From positions 1-64,000 of the IMG/VR virus record IMGVR_UViG_3300045284_000107: a stretch of DNA of 64,000 nt; one strand, given 5' to 3'. The position numbers were made by a program, and so were the translations under genes. Below, in pieces: positions 1 through 8,632 of this stretch (the first letter of the stretch is position 1; the number at the start of each line of letters is the position of its first letter). The notes beneath the pieces were generated by a model. The model searched no databases. It saw only the letters and a program-made list of their open reading frames with translations, and was not told the origin of the DNA. The stretch is from a virus (lineage: Duplodnaviria > Caudoviricetes).

Positions 1-51
1 TAGAACTCACACTTACAATCCCAAGCCAACCGGGTGGGCCGCTTTCCTCCC

Positions 52-81
52 TTGACAACCCAAACATGCCCAAAGTACAAT
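52..81 (+). promoter_or_regulatory. sigma70-type promoter (early arm)
   Basis: TTGACA (52-57), 18-nt spacer, TACAAT (76-81), 35 nt upstream of the ORF at 116. Confidence 0.7.
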
Positions 82-115
82 GAGACGTATATCCGCACTT
101 ATACCGGAGCGATAA

Positions 116-655
116 ATGCCCATAACATCCGACCGCGTAATGTCCATAATCGAACTTGCAACCCACACCCTAGAAATAACAGACAAATCCCAAAACCTAT
201 TCCACCACATCTACGAGGACATACAATCCCTAAACAATATCCTCACGGATGACAGAGAAGGCGTGAAAGACCTCCTACTTAGCATACGCACATTCGCCGA
301 CACAGGAATGAGACTACAATTAGATCCCAAATCCCGCGACAACCTAATCGAAGAAAAATCCCGCTTCGAAATGAACTATAAGAAAAACAACGCCCAAAAA
401 TGGCGCAAACGCCTCCAGCGACAAGGCGTCCTCCCCGCGCCAAACCACAGACTTACAAAACCCTTAACCCAAAAGGAAATAGAAATCGAGGAACAACTAA
501 AAATCCAATGGCACGAGGCCGAGACTGCAACCCCCGACCTCGACCTCTTATCTGAACCAGAACCAAACGGCCAAGATCACGAGCCAGTCCCCGACCAGCA
601 ACCCGAGGATTGGGAACGCTACGAGCACATTGGCCTAAAAAAGAAGGAAAGCTAA
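116..655 (+). CDS. hypothetical protein (179 aa)
   Basis: ATG with GGAG RBS; downstream of promoter; abuts the next gene. Confidence 0.7.
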   Translation: MPITSDRVMSIIELATHTLEITDKSQNLFHHIYEDIQSLNNILTDDREGVKDLLLSIRTFADTGMRLQLDPKSRDNLIEEKSRFEMNYKKNNAQKWRKRLQRQGVLPAPNHRLTKPLTQKEIEIEEQLKIQWHEAETATPDLDLLSEPEPNGQDHEPVPDQQPEDWERYEHIGLKKKES

Positions 656-656
656 A

Positions 657-1073
657 ATGACAAAATACTATCCCAATCACCGATTTGGCCAGCTAACCCT
701 AAAAGAAAAATTCGGAAACCGTGCCATCGTAGTCTGTGATTGCGGCAACGAAATCGAAGTCTTTATGAGCCATCTAACACAAGGTGGAAAATCCAACTGC
801 GGCTGTGACAAAAAATCCATAATATATTTCATCCAAGTCCAAAACTATGTAAAAATTGGACGGGTGGGAGACAATCGAGAACTTGCCAATCGACTAGGCG
901 TAGTACAAACAAACTGTCCCTACGACGCCGAACTAATCCGCACAATATCCGGCGCGCGAGACACAGAAAAATCACTCCATAAAAAATTCCAATCCCTCCA
1001 CAAACAGGGTGAATGGTTTGAGTACGATCCCGAAATGTTAACCTACAGGCCAGCCGCGAACTCTGAAACTTAG
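657..1073 (+). CDS. T5orf172/MUG113 (GIY-YIG-like) nuclease-domain protein
   Basis: IYFIQ..YVKIG...RL..VQT.CP...E..LH..F......GEWF motif; N-terminal CDCG...CGC motif typical of phage homing-endonuclease N-termini. Confidence 0.8.
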   Translation: MTKYYPNHRFGQLTLKEKFGNRAIVVCDCGNEIEVFMSHLTQGGKSNCGCDKKSIIYFIQVQNYVKIGRVGDNRELANRLGVVQTNCPYDAELIRTISGARDTEKSLHKKFQSLHKQGEWFEYDPEMLTYRPAANSET

Positions 1074-1281
1074 AAACTGGTAAGTCGAGTCATGCGCCAG
1101 ACGCATAGCTCCTATGTGGAATGACCGTGGGTTGCCGCCGCGCTAACCTGCTAAGATACTAGACCAACTCTATTCACTTACTACCCTGGACTTAGGAAAT
1201 GACAAGTACCAGACACCAAGTCGCCCCGGCGCTCTGCGCCCGCGATATCAGCGCCTAAATTCTATACTTACGGAGCTACAG

Positions 1282-1683
1282 ATGCCAATCGTAAACCTCC
1301 ACGCTCAAGTCTGCATCACCCAATGCCCAGAAACCAACAAAACCACCCTGGAAGTTCCCCTGAATGGTGGCCGCAAAACAATCATTCTGAATGAAAACGC
1401 TCCCGAGACCTGGGGCGCCATAATCAAAGCCGAACTCGACGCCGCCAATGCCTGGCAAAAAAAGATTTTCGACCGCGAGTTCGAAGCCAAAGTCGCCGCC
1501 GCCAACTACAAGCGCGAACTGGCCGAAAAAAAGGCCGAGGAATACTGGCCCCGTCATCATAGGATTTGGGACACTGCCGCGTCACGTCCCAACCAGGGAA
1601 AGGAATTTGCAGAAGAAAAATTCGGCGGCCGGAACCGCAACTCCAAAAAGAAAATCAAAATCTCTGATCTTCTCGCTCTGTAA
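1282..1683 (+). CDS. hypothetical protein
   Basis: ATG with GGAG RBS, 133 aa. Confidence 0.7.
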   Translation: MPIVNLHAQVCITQCPETNKTTLEVPLNGGRKTIILNENAPETWGAIIKAELDAANAWQKKIFDREFEAKVAAANYKRELAEKKAEEYWPRHHRIWDTAASRPNQGKEFAEEKFGGRNRNSKKKIKISDLLAL

Positions 1684-1700
1684 TCCTGAAAGGACATCCA

Positions 1701-1961
1701 GTGCTACAGACCCTAACCCTCAAGTTCGACGGCCACTGCCCCACAACCAGAGACTACGACCGCCCCACCATCCGCAAGTTCCGCGACGAACGTGCAATCG
1801 TGGAAATCTCCACCCACGACAACGGAACCCAATTCTACAGTGCCACAGTCCGGGGCCACCGAGTGGATTGCTGCACAAGTCTCAAGATGGCCATAGAACA
1901 CGCGGCCACTGAAGCCGCGAATATCCAAATCAACGTCGTCACAATCAGGAACTTCCAATGA
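1701..1961 (+). CDS. hypothetical protein
   Basis: GTG start with AAGGA RBS; ATGA overlap with next ORF. Confidence 0.6.
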   Translation: MLQTLTLKFDGHCPTTRDYDRPTIRKFRDERAIVEISTHDNGTQFYSATVRGHRVDCCTSLKMAIEHAATEAANIQINVVTIRNFQ

Positions 1962-2131
1962 AAGCCGCAGTCGAAAAGCAAATTGCCCATCTAGAAAAAA
2001 TGGTAATCACAGCCGAACGCTTGGCCGACAGTACCAATCCAGATACCGCCACCAGATACGAGCAGGCCATAGATAGCCTGGAAGCTGCAATCGCCGCCTT
2101 ACAGGAAATTCCCGCCCTCTTTGACAACTAG
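1958..2131 (+). CDS. small helical hypothetical protein (57 aa, MKAAVEKQ...)
   Basis: Read manually (below ORF-track cutoff); ATGA coupling, AGGA RBS. Confidence 0.6.
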   Translation: MKAAVEKQIAHLEKMVITAERLADSTNPDTATRYEQAIDSLEAAIAALQEIPALFDN

Positions 2132-2227
2132 CAGCAGAATACCCCAGATCGGAGGTTCTGGGGTCCGTCCGTAGGTTCCGTATCGGCGCTGATGAAGCAA
2201 ACGGAACAGAAAATGAGGCTACAGACT

Positions 2228-2467
2228 ATGGAAACCAAGATGGTACTGGTGATAAAAGCCAGAACAGAAGCCGAAGCGAAGCATTTCGCCCAGGCTCACA
2301 ATATCCAAATCACAGACATCTGTGATATGGGTTTCAGATCCTATCGTGGCCGTACCCCTGCCACAAACGCCCTCGCAGTCCAGAAATGGTACAATGAGGA
2401 CGGGGAATGCGAGCAGGGGAACGGCTATCCCCTGGGAACCCTCCTGTACTTCAACTTTGGGGTCTGA
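2228..2467 (+). CDS. hypothetical protein
   Basis: In-frame ATG with GAGG RBS inside ORF 2192-2467. Confidence 0.6.
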   Translation: METKMVLVIKARTEAEAKHFAQAHNIQITDICDMGFRSYRGRTPATNALAVQKWYNEDGECEQGNGYPLGTLLYFNFGV

Positions 2468-2471
2468 AAAC

Positions 2472-3935
2472 ATGTTAAGCACAGACGAACAACTCCGCGA
2501 ACTAGAAGGCCAAATCGGGGTTCTGCCCTGGTCTGGCACTCTGCCAGAACGTACCGCCATATTGGCGGTCAAATCCTGGCTGGTCCTAAAAGGCATTCCC
2601 AAACAAAAAACCGACAACTCCAATTGGGAAAGCCTCGCCAAGTGCTACGCCATTAAAAACTACTTCAACGTAGTTGCTGGCAACCGTCCGCGCAATCCCA
2701 ACTACAAAGCCGACCGCGCCATCAACCGTTCCCTACTAGAGGGTGACGATCAGGAGGCGGCTCCGCCGCCGTCCTACAATACAGACTACAACTACGACGC
2801 CATCAAAGAAGAACCCGCCCAAACCCAGGGACTTACAGCCCTGGACATCGCCCAAATCATGTCCCAGATCGAGGACAAACTCGAAAACAAGTTCTCGCAC
2901 TCCCTGGACCGGATCGTAGACAACAAAGTCCAGACCCAAATCCGGCCCCACGTTGCGTCCATAACCGCAGACCTCATAAACCAATTCAACCTGGGCAAAA
3001 TCAAGGTAGGCTTTTCGGACCAGGCCAAATCTGATCTGAAATCCCTAGTCCTACGCACGGCCCAGGACTTCCTTGCCCAGAACCTGCCCCCAAAAGAAAC
3101 CATCATCAACATTCCACAAAAGAACATCAACGTCAATGTAGGGCATGTCCACCACGAGTTCCCGACCCTGCTACAGGCCCTATCCTGCAAGCTGCATGTC
3201 ATGCTTGTAGGGATGGCCAGTAGTTCTAAAACAACCAGCGCATCAATGGCCGCGAAGGCTTTGGACATCCCATTCTACCACATGGGAGCCGCCGCCTCCG
3301 AGTTCAAATATGCCGGATTTGAAGACGGCCACGGCAAATACCACAGCACACCATTTCGGATGGCATTCGAGAATGGTGGTCTGATCCTTCTGGATGAATA
3401 CGATGCGGGCATTCCTGCCGCGCAAATGTTCGTCCAGGCCGCCCTGGCCAACTACACTTGCCACTTCCCCGATAAAATCGTGGAAGCCCATCCCGATTTC
3501 ATGTGTATTGCAGCCTGCAACACCTACGGCCGGGGTTCAGATCGGCAATACACATCCCGCAACCAACAGGACGCAGCCGCCCTAGACCGTTTCGTAGTCC
3601 TAGATTGGGACATCGACGAGGATCTAGAGGCTCAACTGTTTGGGGACGGTATGAAACACTACAACCCCAACGTCACAATAACAAAAACCCCCATCATAAA
3701 TGGGACAAATACAATGTCGAGTGGAGAATGGGTCAGGCATGTCCAAAAGATCAGACATGCCATAAACGATCTAGGAGAACGCCATCTAGTCACAATGCGT
3801 GCCTCAGACTTTGGCGCCCGCCTCCTATCTTCCGGTATGACACTTTCCAAGGTAGAGCAAATGTGCATTTGGAAAGGCTTAAACCCGGCCACAATAGAAA
3901 AGATCCAGCACGCCGCTGGTCTAACCCAAAACTAG
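2472..3935 (+). CDS. MoxR/CbbQ/CobS-like AAA+ ATPase
   Basis: Walker A variant GMASSSKT, Walker B LILLDEYD, ACNTYG sensor, DAAALDRF arginine finger; start taken at ATG 2472. Confidence 0.85.
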   Translation: MLSTDEQLRELEGQIGVLPWSGTLPERTAILAVKSWLVLKGIPKQKTDNSNWESLAKCYAIKNYFNVVAGNRPRNPNYKADRAINRSLLEGDDQEAAPPPSYNTDYNYDAIKEEPAQTQGLTALDIAQIMSQIEDKLENKFSHSLDRIVDNKVQTQIRPHVASITADLINQFNLGKIKVGFSDQAKSDLKSLVLRTAQDFLAQNLPPKETIINIPQKNINVNVGHVHHEFPTLLQALSCKLHVMLVGMASSSKTTSASMAAKALDIPFYHMGAAASEFKYAGFEDGHGKYHSTPFRMAFENGGLILLDEYDAGIPAAQMFVQAALANYTCHFPDKIVEAHPDFMCIAACNTYGRGSDRQYTSRNQQDAAALDRFVVLDWDIDEDLEAQLFGDGMKHYNPNVTITKTPIINGTNTMSSGEWVRHVQKIRHAINDLGERHLVTMRASDFGARLLSSGMTLSKVEQMCIWKGLNPATIEKIQHAAGLTQN

Positions 3936-3950
3936 AAAGGACCACTACAG

Positions 3951-4856
3951 ATGCCCCGCAATTCAAACCGTAAAGACCAGGATGGGCGCACCCATTTCTG
4001 GACCCACTTCCTCGACTGGCGCGAGTTTCTTACCGCCTGCCAAGCCCCCGCAGAATGGGGCAACGTCGAAGACCTGACCCACACCTTACAGTTGGCCAAA
4101 TACGGCTGGCCAGAAGGCAGGAAACTATTCAAGACCATAACCGAGAAACTGAACCCAATGGAAAGCCCATTGCGGAACATGAAACACGCAACCACAAACG
4201 ACGTTGCGGGTTATCAGCCTGACATCCAGGCCTTTTTGTCAGGTGCCCCAGACCACATGATAAATTATGGGGATCAGACCATAGAGGCGGCCCCGATCGT
4301 ACAATTACAGATCAACATTGACGCCCCCGGCGCAGTCCCTGGTTCCTACATGGCAAACCACGCCGTCGCTGTAGCATCCCTAGTTGACGCCCTGGAAACC
4401 CAAGGCTACCAGTGCGAACTCAGACTTGCCAACGCCACCTTCTCCAACAAAGGCCCCAACGGCTCAACCCTCACAATGTACACCTGTGAATTTAAAAAGG
4501 CCGGCGAACCCCTCGATCCTGATCTTACAGTCTTCGCACTCGGCCACCCAGACGTACTGCGCCAACTGTTATTCTCTATCTATCGTTCCAGCAAAGAAGT
4601 CGGTCGCCGGTTCGGAAACGGATATGGCGCTCCCACAATGTCCATCCCAGAGGACTATACGGACCCGGGCGTTATCAACATTCCCCCCGCCGACAGGGAA
4701 TGCCGCACAATCGAGAGCGCCTTAAGACGCATAGTCCGCATTCTAAAAGAGGGAAACTCCACAGTAGATTGGAACTTCCTCGACCTCCTGATCGCGCTGT
4801 TGGATAACCTGGCCGACAATGCAATGAAAATGCCCACCTCCACCGCCATCCACTAG
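3951..4856 (+). CDS. VWA-like partner of the AAA ATPase (CobT-like)
   Basis: DVAGYQPDIQAFLSGAPDHM motif typical of phage AAA-associated VWA-like proteins; directly follows the ATPase. Confidence 0.65.
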   Translation: MPRNSNRKDQDGRTHFWTHFLDWREFLTACQAPAEWGNVEDLTHTLQLAKYGWPEGRKLFKTITEKLNPMESPLRNMKHATTNDVAGYQPDIQAFLSGAPDHMINYGDQTIEAAPIVQLQINIDAPGAVPGSYMANHAVAVASLVDALETQGYQCELRLANATFSNKGPNGSTLTMYTCEFKKAGEPLDPDLTVFALGHPDVLRQLLFSIYRSSKEVGRRFGNGYGAPTMSIPEDYTDPGVINIPPADRECRTIESALRRIVRILKEGNSTVDWNFLDLLIALLDNLADNAMKMPTSTAIH

Positions 4857-4868
4857 ACTGTAGCCAAT

Positions 4869-4904
4869 CTGCGATCTGGAAAACCAACAACAACCAGATC
4901 GCAG
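4869..4904. repeat. perfect 11-bp inverted repeat (operator or terminator hairpin)
   Basis: CTGCGATCTGG-N14-CCAGATCGCAG, intergenic. Confidence 0.7.
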
Positions 4905-4932
4905 CCGGGTACAATCTAAAAGGAAATCCTAA

Positions 4933-5190
4933 ATGCCAACCCCCGATCCATCCCTAGACGAACTCCGCCAATTCTGCAACATGCTACTAATAACCGAACC
5001 CGCAGAAATGTACGAATTTGAACGTGAAGAAGCCATTTATTGGTTCGCCACCCACAACCACGGAGGCCAAAACTCAAACCTCTATGAGGCGCTCTGCACT
5101 TCACAATTCAAACCCTCAATCCTGAGCAATGGCCCCGAGGAAGGCCTTGCCCGCGAACTCTACGATCTAATGACCGAAAGTTTCGCCTAA
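4933..5190 (+). CDS. hypothetical protein
   Basis: ATG with AAGGA RBS. Confidence 0.7.
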   Translation: MPTPDPSLDELRQFCNMLLITEPAEMYEFEREEAIYWFATHNHGGQNSNLYEALCTSQFKPSILSNGPEEGLARELYDLMTESFA

Positions 5191-5191
5191 A

Positions 5192-5353
5192 ATGTGGACC
5201 TGGACCTTTAGCATTCTGGCAGGGATCATCTTATCCCTGTTCCTGCTAATATCTATCCACAACCACCAACAACAAGACCAAAGAAACTGCGCGACCCTAC
5301 TAATACAAGGCTTTGGCCTTGAACAATGCAAAAAGGAAGGCTACAGACCATGA
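5192..5353 (+). CDS. small membrane protein (53 aa)
   Basis: MWTWTFSILAGIILSLFLLISIH hydrophobic stretch; read manually; ATGA overlap with next ORF. Confidence 0.55.
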   Translation: MWTWTFSILAGIILSLFLLISIHNHQQQDQRNCATLLIQGFGLEQCKKEGYRP

Positions 5354-5502
5354 CTAAGAAATCCTACATCCAAATCGCCAAGATCCTCTCCCAATTGCCC
5401 CAGGATATACAACAAAAAATTTTACCCCAAATCCTCCCCGTCCTAAAATCTGACAACCAGAGATTCAACGCCCAGAAATTCATCGACGCCATCGAAAACT
5501 AA
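5350..5502 (+). CDS. small conserved-type phage protein (MTKKSYIQIAK...DNQRFNAQKFIDA)
   Basis: Read manually; pattern resembles common small phage proteins ending DN.RF...KF. Confidence 0.6.
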   Translation: MTKKSYIQIAKILSQLPQDIQQKILPQILPVLKSDNQRFNAQKFIDAIEN

Positions 5503-5508
5503 AAATTT

Positions 5509-5538
5509 GGCGGGATCATCATATTGGTGATCCCCGCC
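5509..5538 (+). terminator. GC-rich hairpin after early gene cluster
   Basis: GGCGGGATCATC-ATATT-GGTGATCCCCGCC; weak U-tract. Confidence 0.45.
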
Positions 5539-5635
5539 ACTTTGCCCCATATACCACCACCAACAATAAAAAAAAAAATTTATTATTTAAAACATAAAAA
5601 ATAAAATATTAGTTTTGCCCTTTATGGAGAATGAC

Positions 5636-5908
5636 ATGAAACAAGCGAGCGAAGCGAGCGCCACTAACCACCAAAACAAAGACTGGTTATTCAATACCAA
5701 AAACTACAGTGTCCGCTACATTCATGGCGCGCGCATCCGCATCTGCTGCATCTATTACCAAGACCAAGAAATCCCCATAGGCTGCGCCTCGACCATTACG
5801 GATGGCAAAAACTCCACCCGCAAAGAAATAATTTCCCTAGCCCTAAGACGCGCATCGGAAAAAATAATCCAACGCAAACTTACAAACCTAAAGGAACTAT
5901 TCACATAA
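5636..5908 (+). CDS. hypothetical protein
   Basis: ATG with GGAGA RBS within ORF 5615-5908. Confidence 0.55.
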   Translation: MKQASEASATNHQNKDWLFNTKNYSVRYIHGARIRICCIYYQDQEIPIGCASTITDGKNSTRKEIISLALRRASEKIIQRKLTNLKELFT

Positions 5909-5923
5909 AGGAACTATTCACAT
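5889..5923 (+). repeat. 17-bp tandem duplication containing an RBS
   Basis: TAAAGGAACTATTCACA twice in tandem. Confidence 0.9.
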
Positions 5924-6281
5924 GACCTACGACCAATGGAAAACTACAAACCCCCAGGACGCACAACTCTGGCCCATAACCTGTCCCGTATGTAAGTTCA
6001 AACACTACGAACACGAACCCTGTCTCACCCCAGAACCGGAACTCGAAACCATGCTTGACAAATCCAAATGGACCGCCCACGACCAACTATTCAACGACCT
6101 AAAGTATGATCCCAAAACCAACTCCCAACCAATGACCTCCCACCGCGCCTTTACCATATGTGAGTTAGCCATATACCGCTTCCGTGACGCCCTCTACGAC
6201 AAGGACGACCGCGAATACGAACTCCTAACCCTATTAGTAGATGAAATCCTATCCCTTAGAAAATCTTGGCAAGGAAAATAA
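5922..6281 (+). CDS. hypothetical protein with N-terminal CxxC-H-H-C motif
   Basis: MTYDQWKTTNPQD...CPVCKFKHYEHEPC. Confidence 0.7.
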   Translation: MTYDQWKTTNPQDAQLWPITCPVCKFKHYEHEPCLTPEPELETMLDKSKWTAHDQLFNDLKYDPKTNSQPMTSHRAFTICELAIYRFRDALYDKDDREYELLTLLVDEILSLRKSWQGK

Positions 6282-6284
6282 ACC

Positions 6285-6599
6285 ATGAAAGATAATACGA
6301 AAGGTAATACTCTAGCCCTATACGACAGCCGCGCCCGAACCACAACCCAAAAGCGCGCCATCTACACCTCCGACCCAAGCCCCGAAAACATCCTAAAAGT
6401 CTGGGAATTGGTCCTAAAAGATGAAGTAGATCCCGAGGACGCCAAATCCTACCTATACCTAGGCAACAACTGGAAACCCCACGAAATGAACGACGCCTGC
6501 GTTGTCTTCAATGACTATTGGGCAGAATACGGCTGGTACTTAACCGTCCACGACGACGAATGGACCGTCCCTAACGACTGTGAAGAAAAGAAACTCTAA
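6285..6599 (+). CDS. hypothetical protein
   Basis: ATG, AAGGA RBS. Confidence 0.65.
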   Translation: MKDNTKGNTLALYDSRARTTTQKRAIYTSDPSPENILKVWELVLKDEVDPEDAKSYLYLGNNWKPHEMNDACVVFNDYWAEYGWYLTVHDDEWTVPNDCEEKKL

Positions 6600-6614
6600 A
6601 CAAGGAACCTAACG

Positions 6615-6794
6615 ATGCCCGCCCCAACTCCAGAACAATTCCGCGCCATAATCCGCGAATACCTAAACGAAAAACTAGACGAATGGTTCATCCTGGTCCC
6701 CTACATCCCAGAGGTAGCCGCCGAACAACCAATGGCCGTAGAAATAATCGCCTTCCTTGAATGGATCAAGGAAGACTTTGAATATGTCAAATAA
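6615..6794 (+). CDS. small hypothetical protein (59 aa)
   Basis: Read manually; AAGGA RBS; fills the gap between ORFs. Confidence 0.6.
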   Translation: MPAPTPEQFRAIIREYLNEKLDEWFILVPYIPEVAAEQPMAVEIIAFLEWIKEDFEYVK

Positions 6795-6808
6795 AGAGCA
6801 CCAAACCC

Positions 6809-6991
6809 ATGACCTACGACGACTGGAAACTCTCAAACCCCTACGACGAACAATTAGAAAACAATATCTGGACCAAATGCCCCCTATGTAAACGACACCA
6901 CTGGTCGCACCTGCGGTGCGGGGAGGTAGGAAAGGAGTATGAATACGAAGACAGACTGGAAGACAAGACTAATGACTACAATGACTGCTAA
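6809..6991 (+). CDS. small CxxC-H-H-C protein, N-terminal paralog of 5922-6281
   Basis: MTYDDWKLSNPYD...CPLCKRHHWSHLRC. Confidence 0.65.
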   Translation: MTYDDWKLSNPYDEQLENNIWTKCPLCKRHHWSHLRCGEVGKEYEYEDRLEDKTNDYNDC

Positions 6992-7016
6992 CCTACAGAT
7001 CAAAAGGACTATCCAA

Positions 7017-7565
7017 ATGGACGAAACCAAACTCTATTCCGGCCACACCATCACCCTAACCCCCAATTGGGACTTTGCAGTCTCCGGCCCCGAGTTCGAC
7101 AAGGACGAAAGCAAATACTCCATCCAGTTCAAATCCCTAGACGCCGCAAAGGCCGAAATTGAAAAGCGTACCAGCGAAACCAAGAAACTCCAAGCCAAAA
7201 ACGTCTCCTTTGAACTGAAGATCCTTAACGAAAAGGGCGAACCCAAAACCGCTACAAGAATAAACCGCCAAAACTCCGAACTTACAGGAACCCTAGACAC
7301 GTCCCATTTCTATCCCAACGTGGATTGGATCAAAGAGGCTATACTACGCCAAGTCAAACTCAACCAAGAAATCCACACAATCGACCAAGCCCTAAGACCA
7401 TTCCGTATGTCCAAATCCGTAGGCTACGGTCGCATGGACGCCGAAGTCTACGCCCTGAAAGTCCAATCCATAACCAAAAACTTCAACGAACTGGTCGAAA
7501 AGGCCAAATCCCAAAACAAACTCGAAGCCGTTCCCCCGAGCGAAGCGAGGGCCAACAACACCTAA
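7017..7565 (+). CDS. hypothetical protein
   Basis: ATG 7017 with AAGGA RBS within ORF 6939-7565. Confidence 0.7.
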   Translation: MDETKLYSGHTITLTPNWDFAVSGPEFDKDESKYSIQFKSLDAAKAEIEKRTSETKKLQAKNVSFELKILNEKGEPKTATRINRQNSELTGTLDTSHFYPNVDWIKEAILRQVKLNQEIHTIDQALRPFRMSKSVGYGRMDAEVYALKVQSITKNFNELVEKAKSQNKLEAVPPSEARANNT

Positions 7566-7676
7566 ACCCCAATACAAACCGCCTGAAGATTGCCGTGGCT
7601 GGCATGAAAATCCCTGACCTGGAGGCCCAGGGATTAGCGGTAGCCCGCGAAAACCTAAACTTAGGAAACCCTAACA

Positions 7677-7964
7677 ATGACCGAGAATACAAAATCCTTT
7701 GGCGCGGAAATCAGACTTAACAGCGGCCAACTTGCCCGCGTGGTGCCCGGCGGAACCGTAGAAATCCTACCAGAACCAATCCCCTCCACCTATACTTACA
7801 AACTGGTAGCCATCCACCCCGACATGCCCACACCCCTAACCGCCCGCGCTGAAAACTACACCCAACTGATCCAATTCTTTTTACAGTTGGAACACATGGG
7901 CTATTTCCTCAACAACCTAGAACGTGTCGCGCACAGCGCAGAGGAACCCCAAAATGCAAACTGA
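7677..7964 (+). CDS. hypothetical protein
   Basis: ATG with AGGA RBS. Confidence 0.55.
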   Translation: MTENTKSFGAEIRLNSGQLARVVPGGTVEILPEPIPSTYTYKLVAIHPDMPTPLTARAENYTQLIQFFLQLEHMGYFLNNLERVAHSAEEPQNAN

Positions 7965-8292
7965 CCTAGACACTGACGAATACGACATGACAGATGAATT
8001 TGTGGAAGAATTGATGTCCATAACCTGCAACTTGCAGGCCAGCGGCGTCACAAACAGAGAGATCCTAAGTCTTCTCCGTCAACATCCCAAGTTCAACTTT
8101 GCCCTACAGGGCCAAAAGCCAGGGATAAAAGTCCGCGACCGCGAATGCCAAACCTGTAAATGGGGCTGGACCTCGGAAGTCAAAATGTCCCCCTACACCA
8201 CAAACCTAAGTGGGGAAGCCACCGAACATTGCCCTATGTGCAACTCCAAAAACGTAATCTCCTGGCCCATAAAGGAACTCCCAAATGCCTGA
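7954..8292 (+). CDS. zinc-ribbon protein
   Basis: CQTC...CPMC; GAGGA RBS. Confidence 0.6.
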   Translation: MQTDLDTDEYDMTDEFVEELMSITCNLQASGVTNREILSLLRQHPKFNFALQGQKPGIKVRDRECQTCKWGWTSEVKMSPYTTNLSGEATEHCPMCNSKNVISWPIKELPNA

Positions 8293-8632
8293 ACAGAACC
8301 CCTATGCTGGTGTAATGCCAGACGAAATGTATCGCCCCTTAACTCCTGACGAGATTGGGGCCTTTAAGGAATGGACCCACCACAACTGGCAGGAGACATT
8401 GCCGCCCAACTTCTCTACTTACCATCCTGTAGTTAGGAGCGAATGGCGGCGCATTGACAACGAAAAACATTTCTTCCAGTGCGACATCTGTGGTCGCATG
8501 GTCTGCCAGGAAATCATCCACCACATAAACATCTATGGCTCAGATACATCCGCCTGTGCCGTATGCCTGGGCCACGACACTGACGACCGCGACTACGATT
8601 CCGCAGAGATAGACCAAGGACTACCACGATGA
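8285..8632 (+). CDS. hypothetical protein with CxxC motifs
   Basis: CDIC...CAVC; translational coupling at both ends. Confidence 0.65.
   Translation: MPEQNPYAGVMPDEMYRPLTPDEIGAFKEWTHHNWQETLPPNFSTYHPVVRSEWRRIDNEKHFFQCDICGRMVCQEIIHHINIYGSDTSACAVCLGHDTDDRDYDSAEIDQGLPR

Noticed and set aside
2160-2225. CTGATGA...GAAA resembling a hammerhead ribozyme core
   Set aside because: No stem II can form between CUGAUGA and GAAA, and no matching stems I/III with a NUH site were found
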